A DNA stretch of 57,821 nucleotides from Candidatus Fermentibacterota bacterium (GTDB lineage Bacteria > JAFGKV01): the NCBI GenBank assembly GCA_016928395.1, contig JAFGKV010000193.1, positions 1 to 57,821 on the forward strand, in the 5' to 3' direction. Below, in pieces: positions 27,218 to 36,953 of the stretch; position 1 is the first letter of the stretch; every line of letters starts with the position of its first letter. Position numbers and translations under genes: made by a program. The notes beneath the pieces are model-generated. The model was not told the DNA's origin. It did no database searches and saw nothing but the letters and a program-made list of their open reading frames with translations.

Positions 27218-28024
27218 ATGAACCGCGGAATCCCTACCCCCTTTGCCGATACGTACGATACCCCTCCCGATACCCCGCGCTACCTGCTGGATCGCCTGAT
27301 CGGTACGCGTTGGAACCTCTACCTGCGCTATGCGGGAGTTGTGTTCACATCTCGGAGGCTGGCGGTCAGGGGCCGCTACGACGACCGTCAATGGGTCGAC
27401 AGTTCGCTGGCCATTCTCCGGCATGTTGAACGCTGCGGCGGCCGGATCCACCTGCGGGGCCTCGACAACCTGCGCGGGCCCGAGGGCGGTGTGGTCATCA
27501 TCAGCAATCATATGAGCGCCGCCGAGACACAGCTCTTCCCGGGCATCATCGCCCCGATCCGGCCCGTGACCTTCGTAGTGAAGCAGAGCCTTGTGACACA
27601 CCCAATCTTTGGACCCGTGATGCGGTCGCGGGATCCCATCGTGGTGGGCAGGAAAGACCCCCGGGCCGACATGGCTACCGTTCTCTCAAAGGGTGCCGAG
27701 CTTCTCGCCCGGGGGGTCTCGGTGATTGTGTTTCCCCAGGCCACCCGGCGGGTTGTCTTCGTTCCGGAAAAGTTCAACTCCCTGGGAATCAAGCTGGCAA
27801 GGGCCGCAGGGGCCCAGGTGATCCCGGCCGCGGTGAAGACCGATTTCTGGGGTAATGGAGGGCTGCTGCGCGATTTCGGGCCCGTGCGCCGGCAGAAACC
27901 CATTTACATGGCCTTCGGCCCGCCACTGACCGTCCAGGGCAATGGCAGGGCCCAGCACCAGGCGGTGGTCGAGTTTGTCCAGGACCACCTGAACCAGTGG
28001 GAGAGCGAGGTCTCGAGGGAGTAG
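27218..28024 (+). CDS. Lysophospholipid acyltransferase (PlsC-like)
   Basis: NHMSAAE, FVVK, VFPQATR blocks; alternative start GTG 27194. Confidence 0.88.
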   Translation: MNRGIPTPFADTYDTPPDTPRYLLDRLIGTRWNLYLRYAGVVFTSRRLAVRGRYDDRQWVDSSLAILRHVERCGGRIHLRGLDNLRGPEGGVVIISNHMSAAETQLFPGIIAPIRPVTFVVKQSLVTHPIFGPVMRSRDPIVVGRKDPRADMATVLSKGAELLARGVSVIVFPQATRRVVFVPEKFNSLGIKLARAAGAQVIPAAVKTDFWGNGGLLRDFGPVRRQKPIYMAFGPPLTVQGNGRAQHQAVVEFVQDHLNQWESEVSRE

Positions 28025-28103
28025 GGTTCGGAATTCGGGAAGACCCTGGCGTCTTCGTCCGGTCGTCCGCCATTGATGAAATGAGGCGGGTCTCCGAAAC
28101 GGC

Positions 28104-28135
28104 TCGAGGGGTGAGCCCTGCGGCTCACCCCTCGA
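28104..28135. terminator. 14-bp-stem hairpin between convergent genes
   Basis: TCGAGGGGTGAGCC-CTGC-GGCTCACCCCTCGA. Confidence 0.6.
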
Positions 28136-28167
28136 TGCTCACGCGACTCGACGGCTGAGCAACCCGC

Positions 28168-29169
28168 CTATTTCGGCCAGACGCCTACGGCGAGACGGTG
28201 CACGCCGTTGAGGTATTCGTGCTGCTGGTAGCAGTAGTCGACGCTGAGGTCAGTTCCCCCGGCGGGAATTCGCACCCCTGCGCCAGCGCTCCACTGCATG
28301 TTATTGATGGTGTTGTAGCCGGCCCGCAGGAAGTACCTGCCGTCGTAGCCGTACTGCGCGCCCAGTGCCAGGGTTTCGTCCTGGTCGACGGGGTGCGACC
28401 CTTCGACACAGGCAGTGAGCATGCCCATGGTGCCCAGTGACAGGTCATAGGCCATGCCCGCGCGAAAAGCCATCGGCATGGGATACGGCTCTGACTGCAG
28501 CAAAGTCGGCACGTCATCCTTCTGCGTGTCGCTCCACTCATCATTGCCCCATGTCTGCTCCAGGGCATCGCCAGAGAGCTGCATGTCAGGCCCGAAGTTC
28601 GCCACTGCGAAGCCCAGACGAAGGTTCCAGCCTACATTGTAGGCGCCTCCCAGGTCAAATCCCCAACTGGTGGCGGAGACATCGGCCAGGGCTTCGCGGA
28701 TCACTCTGAAACTCAGGCCGGCGGAAAACTTATCCGTCATCATGCGGGCATAGGACACGGTCACTGCCATCGCATTGGCTGAGAAGGTCTCTCCGGTGCC
28801 ATCGGGCATCTCTTCGGTAGTCTCATCAATCTTGCCCGACAGGAAGGCAAGCCCGCTGATTCCGATAACACCGTCCATGGCCGGCACGGCCACCGCAGCA
28901 TCCTCAAGCGACATGTCTGCATAGAGCATCGTATGGGTGAAACCGGCGGCCGTGCCCTCGATCAATGCGATGCCGGCCGGATTCCAGTACACCGATTCCA
29001 AATCGCCTCCCAGCGCGCTCACCGCACTACCCATTCCGATGGATCGTGCGCCGGCGCCCATGGACAGGAATTGTGTCCCGGCGCCTCCGATTCTGGCCTG
29101 AGCCCCGGGGCAGAGCAGAAGAAGTGCGCTCATTGCCACGCATGTTACGCGTAGTGGTGTCCGGTTCAT
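28168..29169 (-). CDS. PorV/PorQ-family outer-membrane beta-barrel
   Basis: Signal peptide; FLSMGAGARSIGMG, YWNPAG, FDLG, LRAGY, DY...HRL. Confidence 0.85.
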   Translation of the reverse strand: MNRTPLRVTCVAMSALLLLCPGAQARIGGAGTQFLSMGAGARSIGMGSAVSALGGDLESVYWNPAGIALIEGTAAGFTHTMLYADMSLEDAAVAVPAMDGVIGISGLAFLSGKIDETTEEMPDGTGETFSANAMAVTVSYARMMTDKFSAGLSFRVIREALADVSATSWGFDLGGAYNVGWNLRLGFAVANFGPDMQLSGDALEQTWGNDEWSDTQKDDVPTLLQSEPYPMPMAFRAGMAYDLSLGTMGMLTACVEGSHPVDQDETLALGAQYGYDGRYFLRAGYNTINNMQWSAGAGVRIPAGGTDLSVDYCYQQHEYLNGVHRLAVGVWPK

Positions 29170-29178
29170 GATCGCCTC

Positions 29179-32100
29179 CTACCGTACGATGGCAAACTTG
29201 CCCACTGCAGTCTTCCCGGTGGACCTATCCTCTACCTGGTAGACGTAGAGCCCACTGGTGCAGTGCATCTGCTCGGATGTGAGCAGATCCCACCGCGCCG
29301 ACCAGTCATCGGCGGTGGCTTGATGTTGGAGTTCACGCACGAGAAGCCCCGCCGCGGTGAAGATTCTGATGGTACAGCGGGAGGGCAAATGCTCGAAGTT
29401 GATCCATCGGTTGTACTGATTGGTATCCCACGCGGCCCGCAGGTAGTACGGATTCGGGACGACACGAACCTGGCTCAGATCATAGTCCTGCCGCGGCGTC
29501 TGGCTGCTGACCGTCTGTATCTCGAAGGCATCGCCTGCATAGAAGGGCCGCATGGTGGTGATATTCAGGGTATCGCCCACCCCGGCAGCATGCGTTGAGT
29601 CTTCCATGTTCATGGAGAAACGTATCACAGCCTGGGTCGCGCTGAACGATTCCGCGCTCTGCTTCAGGATAAACACATAGTCGCTGGAGTCCCACGTATC
29701 GGGATCGCCACCAGCGCCATGGAACAGATGCGTCCTGGCCGGCACTCCCAAAGTCACGTTCTCCATGTGCCAGGGAACCGGGTTGCCTGCGACGTCCAGC
29801 CCTCCCCCTTCCGGGAAGGTCATCCGGTAGCTATAGGGCTCTAGACGATCGATGTACTGATTCCAGTTCAATGCCGTGGGCACCCACGTGGTCGTGCTGC
29901 CGTCAGTCCAGGAAACCTCATCGACGCGGATCCTGCTCGGGGCCTTGAGCACGATGAGCAGCCCATCAGCCAAGGACGCATCGGCCGCGTCATCGGGAAG
30001 GCGAATCTGCCTCGTCTGGGATGTGTCAGTGAAGTCCCACGCTAAGACCCGTATGAGGGTGGAGACAACACGGCCGGCGTCTACGTCTCGCAGCTGAGCC
30101 TGCCAGGACTGGGCGCCTTCCTCTCCCGTCAGCTCCAGCCGGTAGGCGTGACCCGTCACCTCCGCGGGTTGTGCCACACCTACGTAGAGCTCTCCATTGC
30201 CGAGGGACGGGGACAGCCGTGTCCACTGGGCATCGGGGTCCATGCGGTCCACCGGCCGGGAATGGGGCACGACCCGCTCCTTAGATTGGGCGATACTCGA
30301 TTCCAGGGGATCAATGCCCTGGACCGGTGACCCTCGGTCATAGGATGTCACCGCGTACCAGTAGGTCAGTCCGTTTGTCAAGTCCTCATCAGTATACGAG
30401 TAGTACAACCCGGTTTGGTTGCCTACCTCCTGCCAGCCGAAGGTGGCGATGGTGAATAAGTCTCCCGCGGCAGGCGTGTAGATGGTGCCGACGGGATCCG
30501 CAGGATCGAACTGGCCAGATTGAATGAACACATAGAACCCATCGATGTAGATCCTCGCCCCGTCGACCCACTGGCCCAGGAATGGATTGCCTGGTTCAGG
30601 CGCGGGATAGACGATCGCGTCGTTGTCCGCATCGACCACACAGAAGTCACCGGTAAAGATATCCCTTGCCTCGGGGTTGTACCGGTACAAGCTCTGCTGA
30701 TCGGTATTGAACACCGTGAAGGTGGAGTCACTCTGGAACTCCAGCGCGTAGTCATTGCCGACAAAGGCCACGGAGTCGCGACCCGTGCCCCAGAAACCGG
30801 CGAAGCCGAAGTTGAGGTCACCGCCCCCCCGGGCATAACTCACGGCCACCGACTTCTCCGTCAGGCTACCCGCGACATCGTAGTCGGCCAGAAGCTGCCA
30901 GGCTCCCTCAACTCCTGTGCGCGATCGGTAGATGCGGTACCCCTCGAAATCCTCCTCGCCGGTGATGAGGTCCTGAGTCGACTCCGGGGAGTTGTCCCAG
31001 CTTAGGAAGACCCTGCGGTCGCCCGGTGTCACCGTGAGTCGTGGGGCGGGTGGCGGTGCGGTGCCCAGATACCCCATCTCGAACTGCTGGATCGCTCGCC
31101 GCGTGTTCTCCTTCAGATCATCGAGGCTCTGGCCCATGACGATTGCCATGGTGAGGCTGATAGTCTCGCCCGGCTCCATGTGAAGATAGGGCCCGGATGC
31201 ACTCAGGTGGCGTACATCCTGAGGCTCCTCGAAGGTCTCGAAGATGCGCTCATCAGGATCACCCGGGATGCCCCAACCCCTGAGCTGGGCGTACTTCAAG
31301 GCATCCTGGTCGGTAAGGTCCACGTCTTGCTCCACCCCTTCCCTGGTCCACGTGGAGAACGCGGTGAGGCCCAATGGGGCGGGATCTCCTGGATTGCGCG
31401 GCGTCTCGACCAAAACGATGCCGATGTAGCCTGCGCTGGTGGCCCAGCCCGGCTCACTGAAGTTGGAGTCGAAGGTGTAGCCCAGGTTCAGGGAGCGGTC
31501 GAAGCCCACCAGATCATCGTTGGGACCGACACCCACAGCCTCCAGATCGCCCGGGCCGACATCATTGTCCATGAAGAATCCGACATACACGCTATCTATG
31601 GCGAAGTCGTTCATGTTGGTGATGTTGTAACTCACGAAGATGTAGTTCGCCGACGGCCCGTAACTCCAGGAGTAGGTGCGCTGCTCCATGCGAACGCCCA
31701 GGGGCTCCACGTCGTAGCCATAGGAAGGGTACACAAAGTAACCTTGGTCTTCCGGAACATAGTCGCCCAGCATGCAGTACGTGTCCATCTGGGAGACGAA
31801 GTCGGTCGGCTTCACGTCATAAATGGTGTCGCCGAAGGCTACACGACGTCTGGCGTTGATGGAGGCTGCCTCGGTCTGTGGAAAGTAGAGATAGCCGCTG
31901 AAGTCGGCAGGGTTTCCCCACTGAATCTGGTTCGGGGAGCCCTCTTCTCCCGGCTGTACGAAGAGAAACTGCCCCTCCCCAGGGGTATTGGGCGCTCCCC
32001 ATTGGTTGCTGGCCCAAAGCGGACTCACCGGCGTGAGATCAGGGTGATATGAACCGGTGGCGACGATGGGAACGCGGACGGTATCGCCCGCCACGATCTT

Positions 32101-32478
32101 GGGTTTGACTCCACCGACCCAGATTCCCGAGGAGAAGTTGTAGAACTGGCGAGAACCTGCAGGCCATTCACAGCAGTAGGCGTTCCAGTTGGTGACATCC
32201 GCCGGCCAGGTGCCGTCATAGCCCTCCCAGCCAATGGCCGGTTCATACAGGCCTAACAAGGCCACATTTGTGATGGTAAATGCGCGAAGCTGACCCACCC
32301 CGGCCCAGGTCACTCTGACCGGGTAGGTCTGATCGGACATCGGCGCCAATGACGGGGCCGATGCCGGGGCGGGGTAGAGGCCCGGCTTCTGCGGGACGCG
32401 CAGCGCACCCTCGGATGGCGATACGACTAAAGCCAGCGCGACGGCGACCAGTGCGATTCGAAGAGTGGGGATGCTCAT
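29179..32478 (-). CDS. Large secreted protein with an FN3-like domain and a T9SS-like C-terminal domain
   Basis: Signal peptide; EWPAGS, GIWVGG, DDLVGFD; PPAP..PGDRRVFLSW..FEGYRIY; VVPNPY...IRIFT...WDL...SGLYVY...GKFAIVR. Confidence 0.8.
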   Translation of the reverse strand: MSIPTLRIALVAVALALVVSPSEGALRVPQKPGLYPAPASAPSLAPMSDQTYPVRVTWAGVGQLRAFTITNVALLGLYEPAIGWEGYDGTWPADVTNWNAYCCEWPAGSRQFYNFSSGIWVGGVKPKIVAGDTVRVPIVATGSYHPDLTPVSPLWASNQWGAPNTPGEGQFLFVQPGEEGSPNQIQWGNPADFSGYLYFPQTEAASINARRRVAFGDTIYDVKPTDFVSQMDTYCMLGDYVPEDQGYFVYPSYGYDVEPLGVRMEQRTYSWSYGPSANYIFVSYNITNMNDFAIDSVYVGFFMDNDVGPGDLEAVGVGPNDDLVGFDRSLNLGYTFDSNFSEPGWATSAGYIGIVLVETPRNPGDPAPLGLTAFSTWTREGVEQDVDLTDQDALKYAQLRGWGIPGDPDERIFETFEEPQDVRHLSASGPYLHMEPGETISLTMAIVMGQSLDDLKENTRRAIQQFEMGYLGTAPPPAPRLTVTPGDRRVFLSWDNSPESTQDLITGEEDFEGYRIYRSRTGVEGAWQLLADYDVAGSLTEKSVAVSYARGGGDLNFGFAGFWGTGRDSVAFVGNDYALEFQSDSTFTVFNTDQQSLYRYNPEARDIFTGDFCVVDADNDAIVYPAPEPGNPFLGQWVDGARIYIDGFYVFIQSGQFDPADPVGTIYTPAAGDLFTIATFGWQEVGNQTGLYYSYTDEDLTNGLTYWYAVTSYDRGSPVQGIDPLESSIAQSKERVVPHSRPVDRMDPDAQWTRLSPSLGNGELYVGVAQPAEVTGHAYRLELTGEEGAQSWQAQLRDVDAGRVVSTLIRVLAWDFTDTSQTRQIRLPDDAADASLADGLLIVLKAPSRIRVDEVSWTDGSTTTWVPTALNWNQYIDRLEPYSYRMTFPEGGGLDVAGNPVPWHMENVTLGVPARTHLFHGAGGDPDTWDSSDYVFILKQSAESFSATQAVIRFSMNMEDSTHAAGVGDTLNITTMRPFYAGDAFEIQTVSSQTPRQDYDLSQVRVVPNPYYLRAAWDTNQYNRWINFEHLPSRCTIRIFTAAGLLVRELQHQATADDWSARWDLLTSEQMHCTSGLYVYQVEDRSTGKTAVGKFAIVR

Positions 32479-32509
32479 GGCGTACTCCTTTGCCCTGCGG
32501 GTCATCGCG

Positions 32510-35443
32510 CTAGAACCTCATGGTGGCGCCCACAGTGATGGTGCGGGGCTGGTCGTAGTTGGCGGGATCGTCCACGTACCGCTTCCAGTTCTCGACGGCC
32601 TGCTGCCAGGTCTCCTCGTCGGCATAGCTCTCTCGGAGCGGGATGTTACCGTTGTCATCTGGCTTGCCCGTGACGGGATACACATCCACCACGTTGCGCT
32701 GATCAAATAGGTTGCGCACGTCAACGAACAAACCCATGCCCAGCCGGCCCACTGAAAGATACTTGTCGATACGAAGATTGGCAGTCTGCATGCCGGGCAA
32801 CCGCCGCGAACCTACCTCGCCGGGATTGCCGCGGGAGTCCGTGGGGGTGTACGGAGGGCCGGTGGAAATGGATGCCATGATGTTGGCGTTGAGATCACCC
32901 AGCGGGTGAAAACCCGCGATGGGAGGGCCGAAATCTTGCGGCATGTAGAGGTTTAGATTCGCCTTCAGGCTGTGAGTCACGTCGAACTCCAGCGGGTACT
33001 CACGCTTGGGAAGCGGAGTCTCCGTATCACGGAACAGGTAATAGTACTCCCGCGCGGAGCTTCCCGAGCCCTTGGCGTCGAGGTAGGAATACGTGAGCGA
33101 TCCCGAGAGGTACGACGCGGCCCGCTTGGTGAGGCTGATGTCCATACCCTTGACCACGGCGAAATCCTCGATGAGGAAGATGGTGTAGTTCACGGGATTC
33201 TGGTTCAGGGTCGAGATGATTTTGCGCGTTGCCAAGAGGTTCTCAACGTCTTTGTAGTACGCCGTGACTTCGCCGGCCAAATCGGGGTTGAAGGCATGCT
33301 TGATGCCGATCTCGTAGGCAACGGTCTTCTCAGGTGGAAGATCGGGATTGCCCAGGAGAGGAACGCCGGAGGTGATGTCTGCATTGAGGCCCTGGTACAG
33401 CTCTCCCAGCTCAACCGGTTGGAAGAAATGCCCATACGAGGCGTAGAGTACGCTCTTATCAGTAACCGCGAAGGCAATGCCGAGGCGCGGGCTGAACTGG
33501 TCTTTTGGATCGGCGTCGATCTTGCCTACATCCAGGCTTTCCATTTGCGCGAAATGGGTTGCCTTGGGGTTGAAGTAGTCCCACCGAAGGCCCATGTTCA
33601 CCGTCAGATCCTCATACTCGATCTTGTTCTGGAGATAGGCTGCCATGTTGTCGGGCTCCATCTCATAGTGATCGCTGTAGGGATTCTGGTTCAGGAACTG
33701 GAGGTCGGTAAGTTCTAAGGTGCTCCATCTGCGGAATGCCCCCGCTTTGAGCTGGTTGAACTTGCCCAACTGATGGGTCAGAGCCACATCGGCGGTGTAG
33801 TGGGTCGTATTCCGGTGATGCCACCACGGCACAAAATCGTAGTAGAAGTGCCGGAACTCGTCGCGGTCGCGGGCGTACCACTGATCGATGTCGCCCTTGT
33901 ACAAGCCGCTCTTGTGGTTGGGGCTGTGTGCCACCTCGTCAAGGTATGCGTCCGCATCGAAGGGCACGTACACAACCGCAGTGGAGTCGGCATTGATCTC
34001 CCACGATCCCGTATCATACCACCGCCGGTTTAGAGCTTCGCGCTCGTATACTAGATTCGTCCAGACTATGTCGCCATCCTCGTCGACGGTGCACCATCCG
34101 AGGTCCTGGTAGTAGCGACGCCATTGATCATCGGCGGTGGTGCCGTACCACTGCTGGTTCTCGACATCGTACCATACCCAACCGATATCATCGTAGTACA
34201 CCGAATCCACCGCGGTCTTCACCCAATCCATGGCGCTGCCGATGATCTGCCAGTCGGTGTAGTGCTTCCCGTCCTGCGCCTGCCGTTTCGTATAAGTATT
34301 GAAGCCGGCCAGGTTGATAGTGTAGAACGTGCGGGGACTTATGCTGTGCGTCAGAGTCATGCCCAGTTGGGTGTTGCCCTGGTCGTACCTCGGTCCCTCC
34401 CGGAGCCAGTTCCCTCTCGATCGGGCGTGGGAATAGGCATGGTACCGGCTGTGAGCCCAGTTGCCCGAGAACACCAGCTTCATACCGGAGCGGGGCGTGA
34501 TCCGGAGCTTCCCGGCGACGCTCTCCTGCTGCCTGTCATTGTAGGGCTTGGGAATGACGCCGGGGGCTCGGTTGTCGGTATCCTTCAGCGAACCGGAGAC
34601 GAAGAATGTTGCTTCCCTGAAGAGGTTGTTCAGCCCCGGCACCGGACCGCCCAGGTTCATGTTCACGTCGTTGGTGCCGTAATCATAGTCCTCGCCGAGG
34701 AAATCATCGGTGTAGTACTCAAGCCCACCTGAGTAGCTCTCGCCACCCTCCTTGGTAACGATATTCACCACCCCCGACATGGCCTCGCCGAATTCAGCGT
34801 TGAACCCTCCCGAGAGGACCGACATCTCTGCAATGGCATTATTGTCTATGATGATGCCCCGGCCCATGGTCACTGGATCAGTGGTGTTCACGCCGTCGAC
34901 CACATAGGTCACCTCGCCGGAACGCCCGCCTCGGATGTGCAGCCCGCCGGAACGCCCTTGGCCAGACTCGACGACCCCCGCCTGGGCAGCCAATACTTCC
35001 GAGAAGCTGGACACCGGCATGGATTCTATGGCCTGCCCGTCCACAATCTTGGTGCTGGCGGTGACACCCTTTTCTATCATGGGTCGCACGGCCACGACCT
35101 CGATGGTTCCCGCGGCCTCCAGTACACGTTCGGTCATCTGGATGTCGATATGAGTCGTCAAGTCAGCGGAGACCCAGGCGCCCTTCACCTCCACGTCATT
35201 GTAGCCCATCATGGTGGCAACCAGCGCGTACTCGCCCACAGGAACATTGATGATGAAGTACTCGCCTTTCTCATCGGCCGCCGCGCCCAGGGCGGTGCCC
35301 TTGATGAGAATATTGGCGAATGGCAGGGGATTCCCTGTCCTCGCCTCCATCACGACGCCCATGATCTTGCCCGTAGTTCCCGCCCACGACGGAGCGGAAA
35401 GAGCAAGACACAGCAAAACACAGAAGACGGTTGATCGAGGCAT
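32510..35443 (-). CDS. TonB-dependent receptor with an N-terminal carboxypeptidase-regulatory-like domain
   Basis: GTTGKIMG, IRGGRSGEV..VDG plug, GGFNAEFG..SGVVN, GNPDL, C-terminal Phe; GGAGA SD. Confidence 0.92.
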   Translation of the reverse strand: MPRSTVFCVLLCLALSAPSWAGTTGKIMGVVMEARTGNPLPFANILIKGTALGAAADEKGEYFIINVPVGEYALVATMMGYNDVEVKGAWVSADLTTHIDIQMTERVLEAAGTIEVVAVRPMIEKGVTASTKIVDGQAIESMPVSSFSEVLAAQAGVVESGQGRSGGLHIRGGRSGEVTYVVDGVNTTDPVTMGRGIIIDNNAIAEMSVLSGGFNAEFGEAMSGVVNIVTKEGGESYSGGLEYYTDDFLGEDYDYGTNDVNMNLGGPVPGLNNLFREATFFVSGSLKDTDNRAPGVIPKPYNDRQQESVAGKLRITPRSGMKLVFSGNWAHSRYHAYSHARSRGNWLREGPRYDQGNTQLGMTLTHSISPRTFYTINLAGFNTYTKRQAQDGKHYTDWQIIGSAMDWVKTAVDSVYYDDIGWVWYDVENQQWYGTTADDQWRRYYQDLGWCTVDEDGDIVWTNLVYEREALNRRWYDTGSWEINADSTAVVYVPFDADAYLDEVAHSPNHKSGLYKGDIDQWYARDRDEFRHFYYDFVPWWHHRNTTHYTADVALTHQLGKFNQLKAGAFRRWSTLELTDLQFLNQNPYSDHYEMEPDNMAAYLQNKIEYEDLTVNMGLRWDYFNPKATHFAQMESLDVGKIDADPKDQFSPRLGIAFAVTDKSVLYASYGHFFQPVELGELYQGLNADITSGVPLLGNPDLPPEKTVAYEIGIKHAFNPDLAGEVTAYYKDVENLLATRKIISTLNQNPVNYTIFLIEDFAVVKGMDISLTKRAASYLSGSLTYSYLDAKGSGSSAREYYYLFRDTETPLPKREYPLEFDVTHSLKANLNLYMPQDFGPPIAGFHPLGDLNANIMASISTGPPYTPTDSRGNPGEVGSRRLPGMQTANLRIDKYLSVGRLGMGLFVDVRNLFDQRNVVDVYPVTGKPDDNGNIPLRESYADEETWQQAVENWKRYVDDPANYDQPRTITVGATMRF

Positions 35444-35488
35444 CGCACGCTCTCCTTTCCGATGTCCCTTGTTCATGCGCCTTCCGCG

Positions 35489-35517
35489 AACGTAGCCCCA
35501 TGCACTGCAAGAGTCAA
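35489..35517 (-). promoter_or_regulatory. Putative sigma70 promoter of the TBDR operon
   Basis: TTGACT-N17-TACGTT on the minus strand. Confidence 0.55.
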
Positions 35518-35787
35518 GGTCAAGTAGCGGTAGACTCGAGGGCTACAACGCAGCGTTGCCGCCCGAGAGAGACTCTGAGCTCGGGCCGGCCTGACTCGGG
35601 AACACTAAGGAGTGGAGGACTGCAGGGGCAAACAGAGAGCAGGTCCTTAGCTGAACTGCCCGCCCCGCAGGAATGACGCAACCTGCCGCCAGAAGCCGTG
35701 CTGAATCCCGTACCCTGTGTGCTATTCCCGAAACGAAGCGCTGGTGGTCGAGAGCCACCCGCACACTCGCGCGGGGAGGCTCAGCCG

Positions 35788-36600
35788 CTACTCCATGGAC
35801 TGACGCAGGGCCATATCGACGACGTTGTGCACGAACCTCGGATATCTCTTCTCGCCCGATGCGCCGAACGCGGGGCCCTGGGGGCCGAGATCCCCGACCA
35901 GGGCGATGTCCTCAAGCAGCAGGCGCCCTTGTTCCCACACCATGGATAGCACACAGGGACCGGCCAGTTCCAGCACCCATTCGATGTGACTGGCCAAGCC
36001 CTGGACAAGCGCGGCACGCTCCTCGTCCAGATCGGCACCCTGGAGTCGACGTTCAGCGCGTATCCCACTGAACACGGAGACGACCTCTCCCTGGGCGCAT
36101 CGTTGGACTATGATACCCCGCGAACCCCCCAGCACAGATGCGGCGGCAAGGAGTTCTTCACGGTCATTGACAACCATGGCCTTACTAGAACCGGGCACTG
36201 GGGGAGTGACGCGAAGGGGAAAGCCCAAGACCGACACTCTGGGCTCGCGGCTCACCTCAACCCCGGGGCCCACCAGAAGCCATGGGCGCACCGGTGCGCC
36301 CTCCCGCTCCAGCACGCGACGCCATTGGAGAGGATGATCCAGCAGTGCCAGAGTGTGCAGGGGAGGGCATGCCATACGAACACCCTGGGATGCCAGCGCA
36401 CACGCGAGGCAGAGGGGAAGGCGGGGAAACCCCTGAAAAAACGCCAGATCGACGTCCCGCACGAGATGATGTTCAATGCGCCCTTGCCGGGGCGAGACTC
36501 CGACGTACACGGCATCGTGACCGTTTTCGCGCAGGGCCTTTGCGAAAGGCAGCGATCCAGATGACTCTTCGTCCAGTGGCCCTACCACAGCTATGTTCAT
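35788..36600 (-). CDS. Degenerate D-Ala-D-Ala-ligase-like ATP-grasp protein
   Basis: VDLAF, LGFPLRVTP..GSS, IIVQ..QG, LLED follow the order of the Ddl blocks but key residues are altered; GGAG SD. Confidence 0.6.
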   Translation of the reverse strand: MNIAVVGPLDEESSGSLPFAKALRENGHDAVYVGVSPRQGRIEHHLVRDVDLAFFQGFPRLPLCLACALASQGVRMACPPLHTLALLDHPLQWRRVLEREGAPVRPWLLVGPGVEVSREPRVSVLGFPLRVTPPVPGSSKAMVVNDREELLAAASVLGGSRGIIVQRCAQGEVVSVFSGIRAERRLQGADLDEERAALVQGLASHIEWVLELAGPCVLSMVWEQGRLLLEDIALVGDLGPQGPAFGASGEKRYPRFVHNVVDMALRQSME

Positions 36601-36953
36601 GACGACTCCGGTGTGTGTGATCCGCGTAGCCGGCGTGGACACACCGCGCCAGCGTGGTACTCGTGAACACAAAGCGTTGACATCGACGCGCCCTCATCCC
36701 CCTCATCTGTGCCTTTCGAAGGACAGAACATCACGGCGGATAGCCTCCCTCCTCGCTCGCCCCTCGGGTGCCTCGTCCATCTCGACAGGACACCTTCACG
36801 CGCGCCGATTACTTAGAATCTTGTCCCGGACTCCGCAACCCCTATCCCCGCACGGAAGTCTTCGTTCGGCTTGTGTCTTGCCGCGGGGATGGCCTAACTT
36901 CACGCCATTACCCCGCGATGGATAGTGGTGGCCTCTTCCACAAGTGAGCGGCA

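Noticed and set aside
35620-35660. c-di-GMP-I riboswitch suggested by GGCAAAC
   Set aside because: No GNRA-capped P2 or GCAAAG partner, and it is on the opposite strand from the flanking genes.
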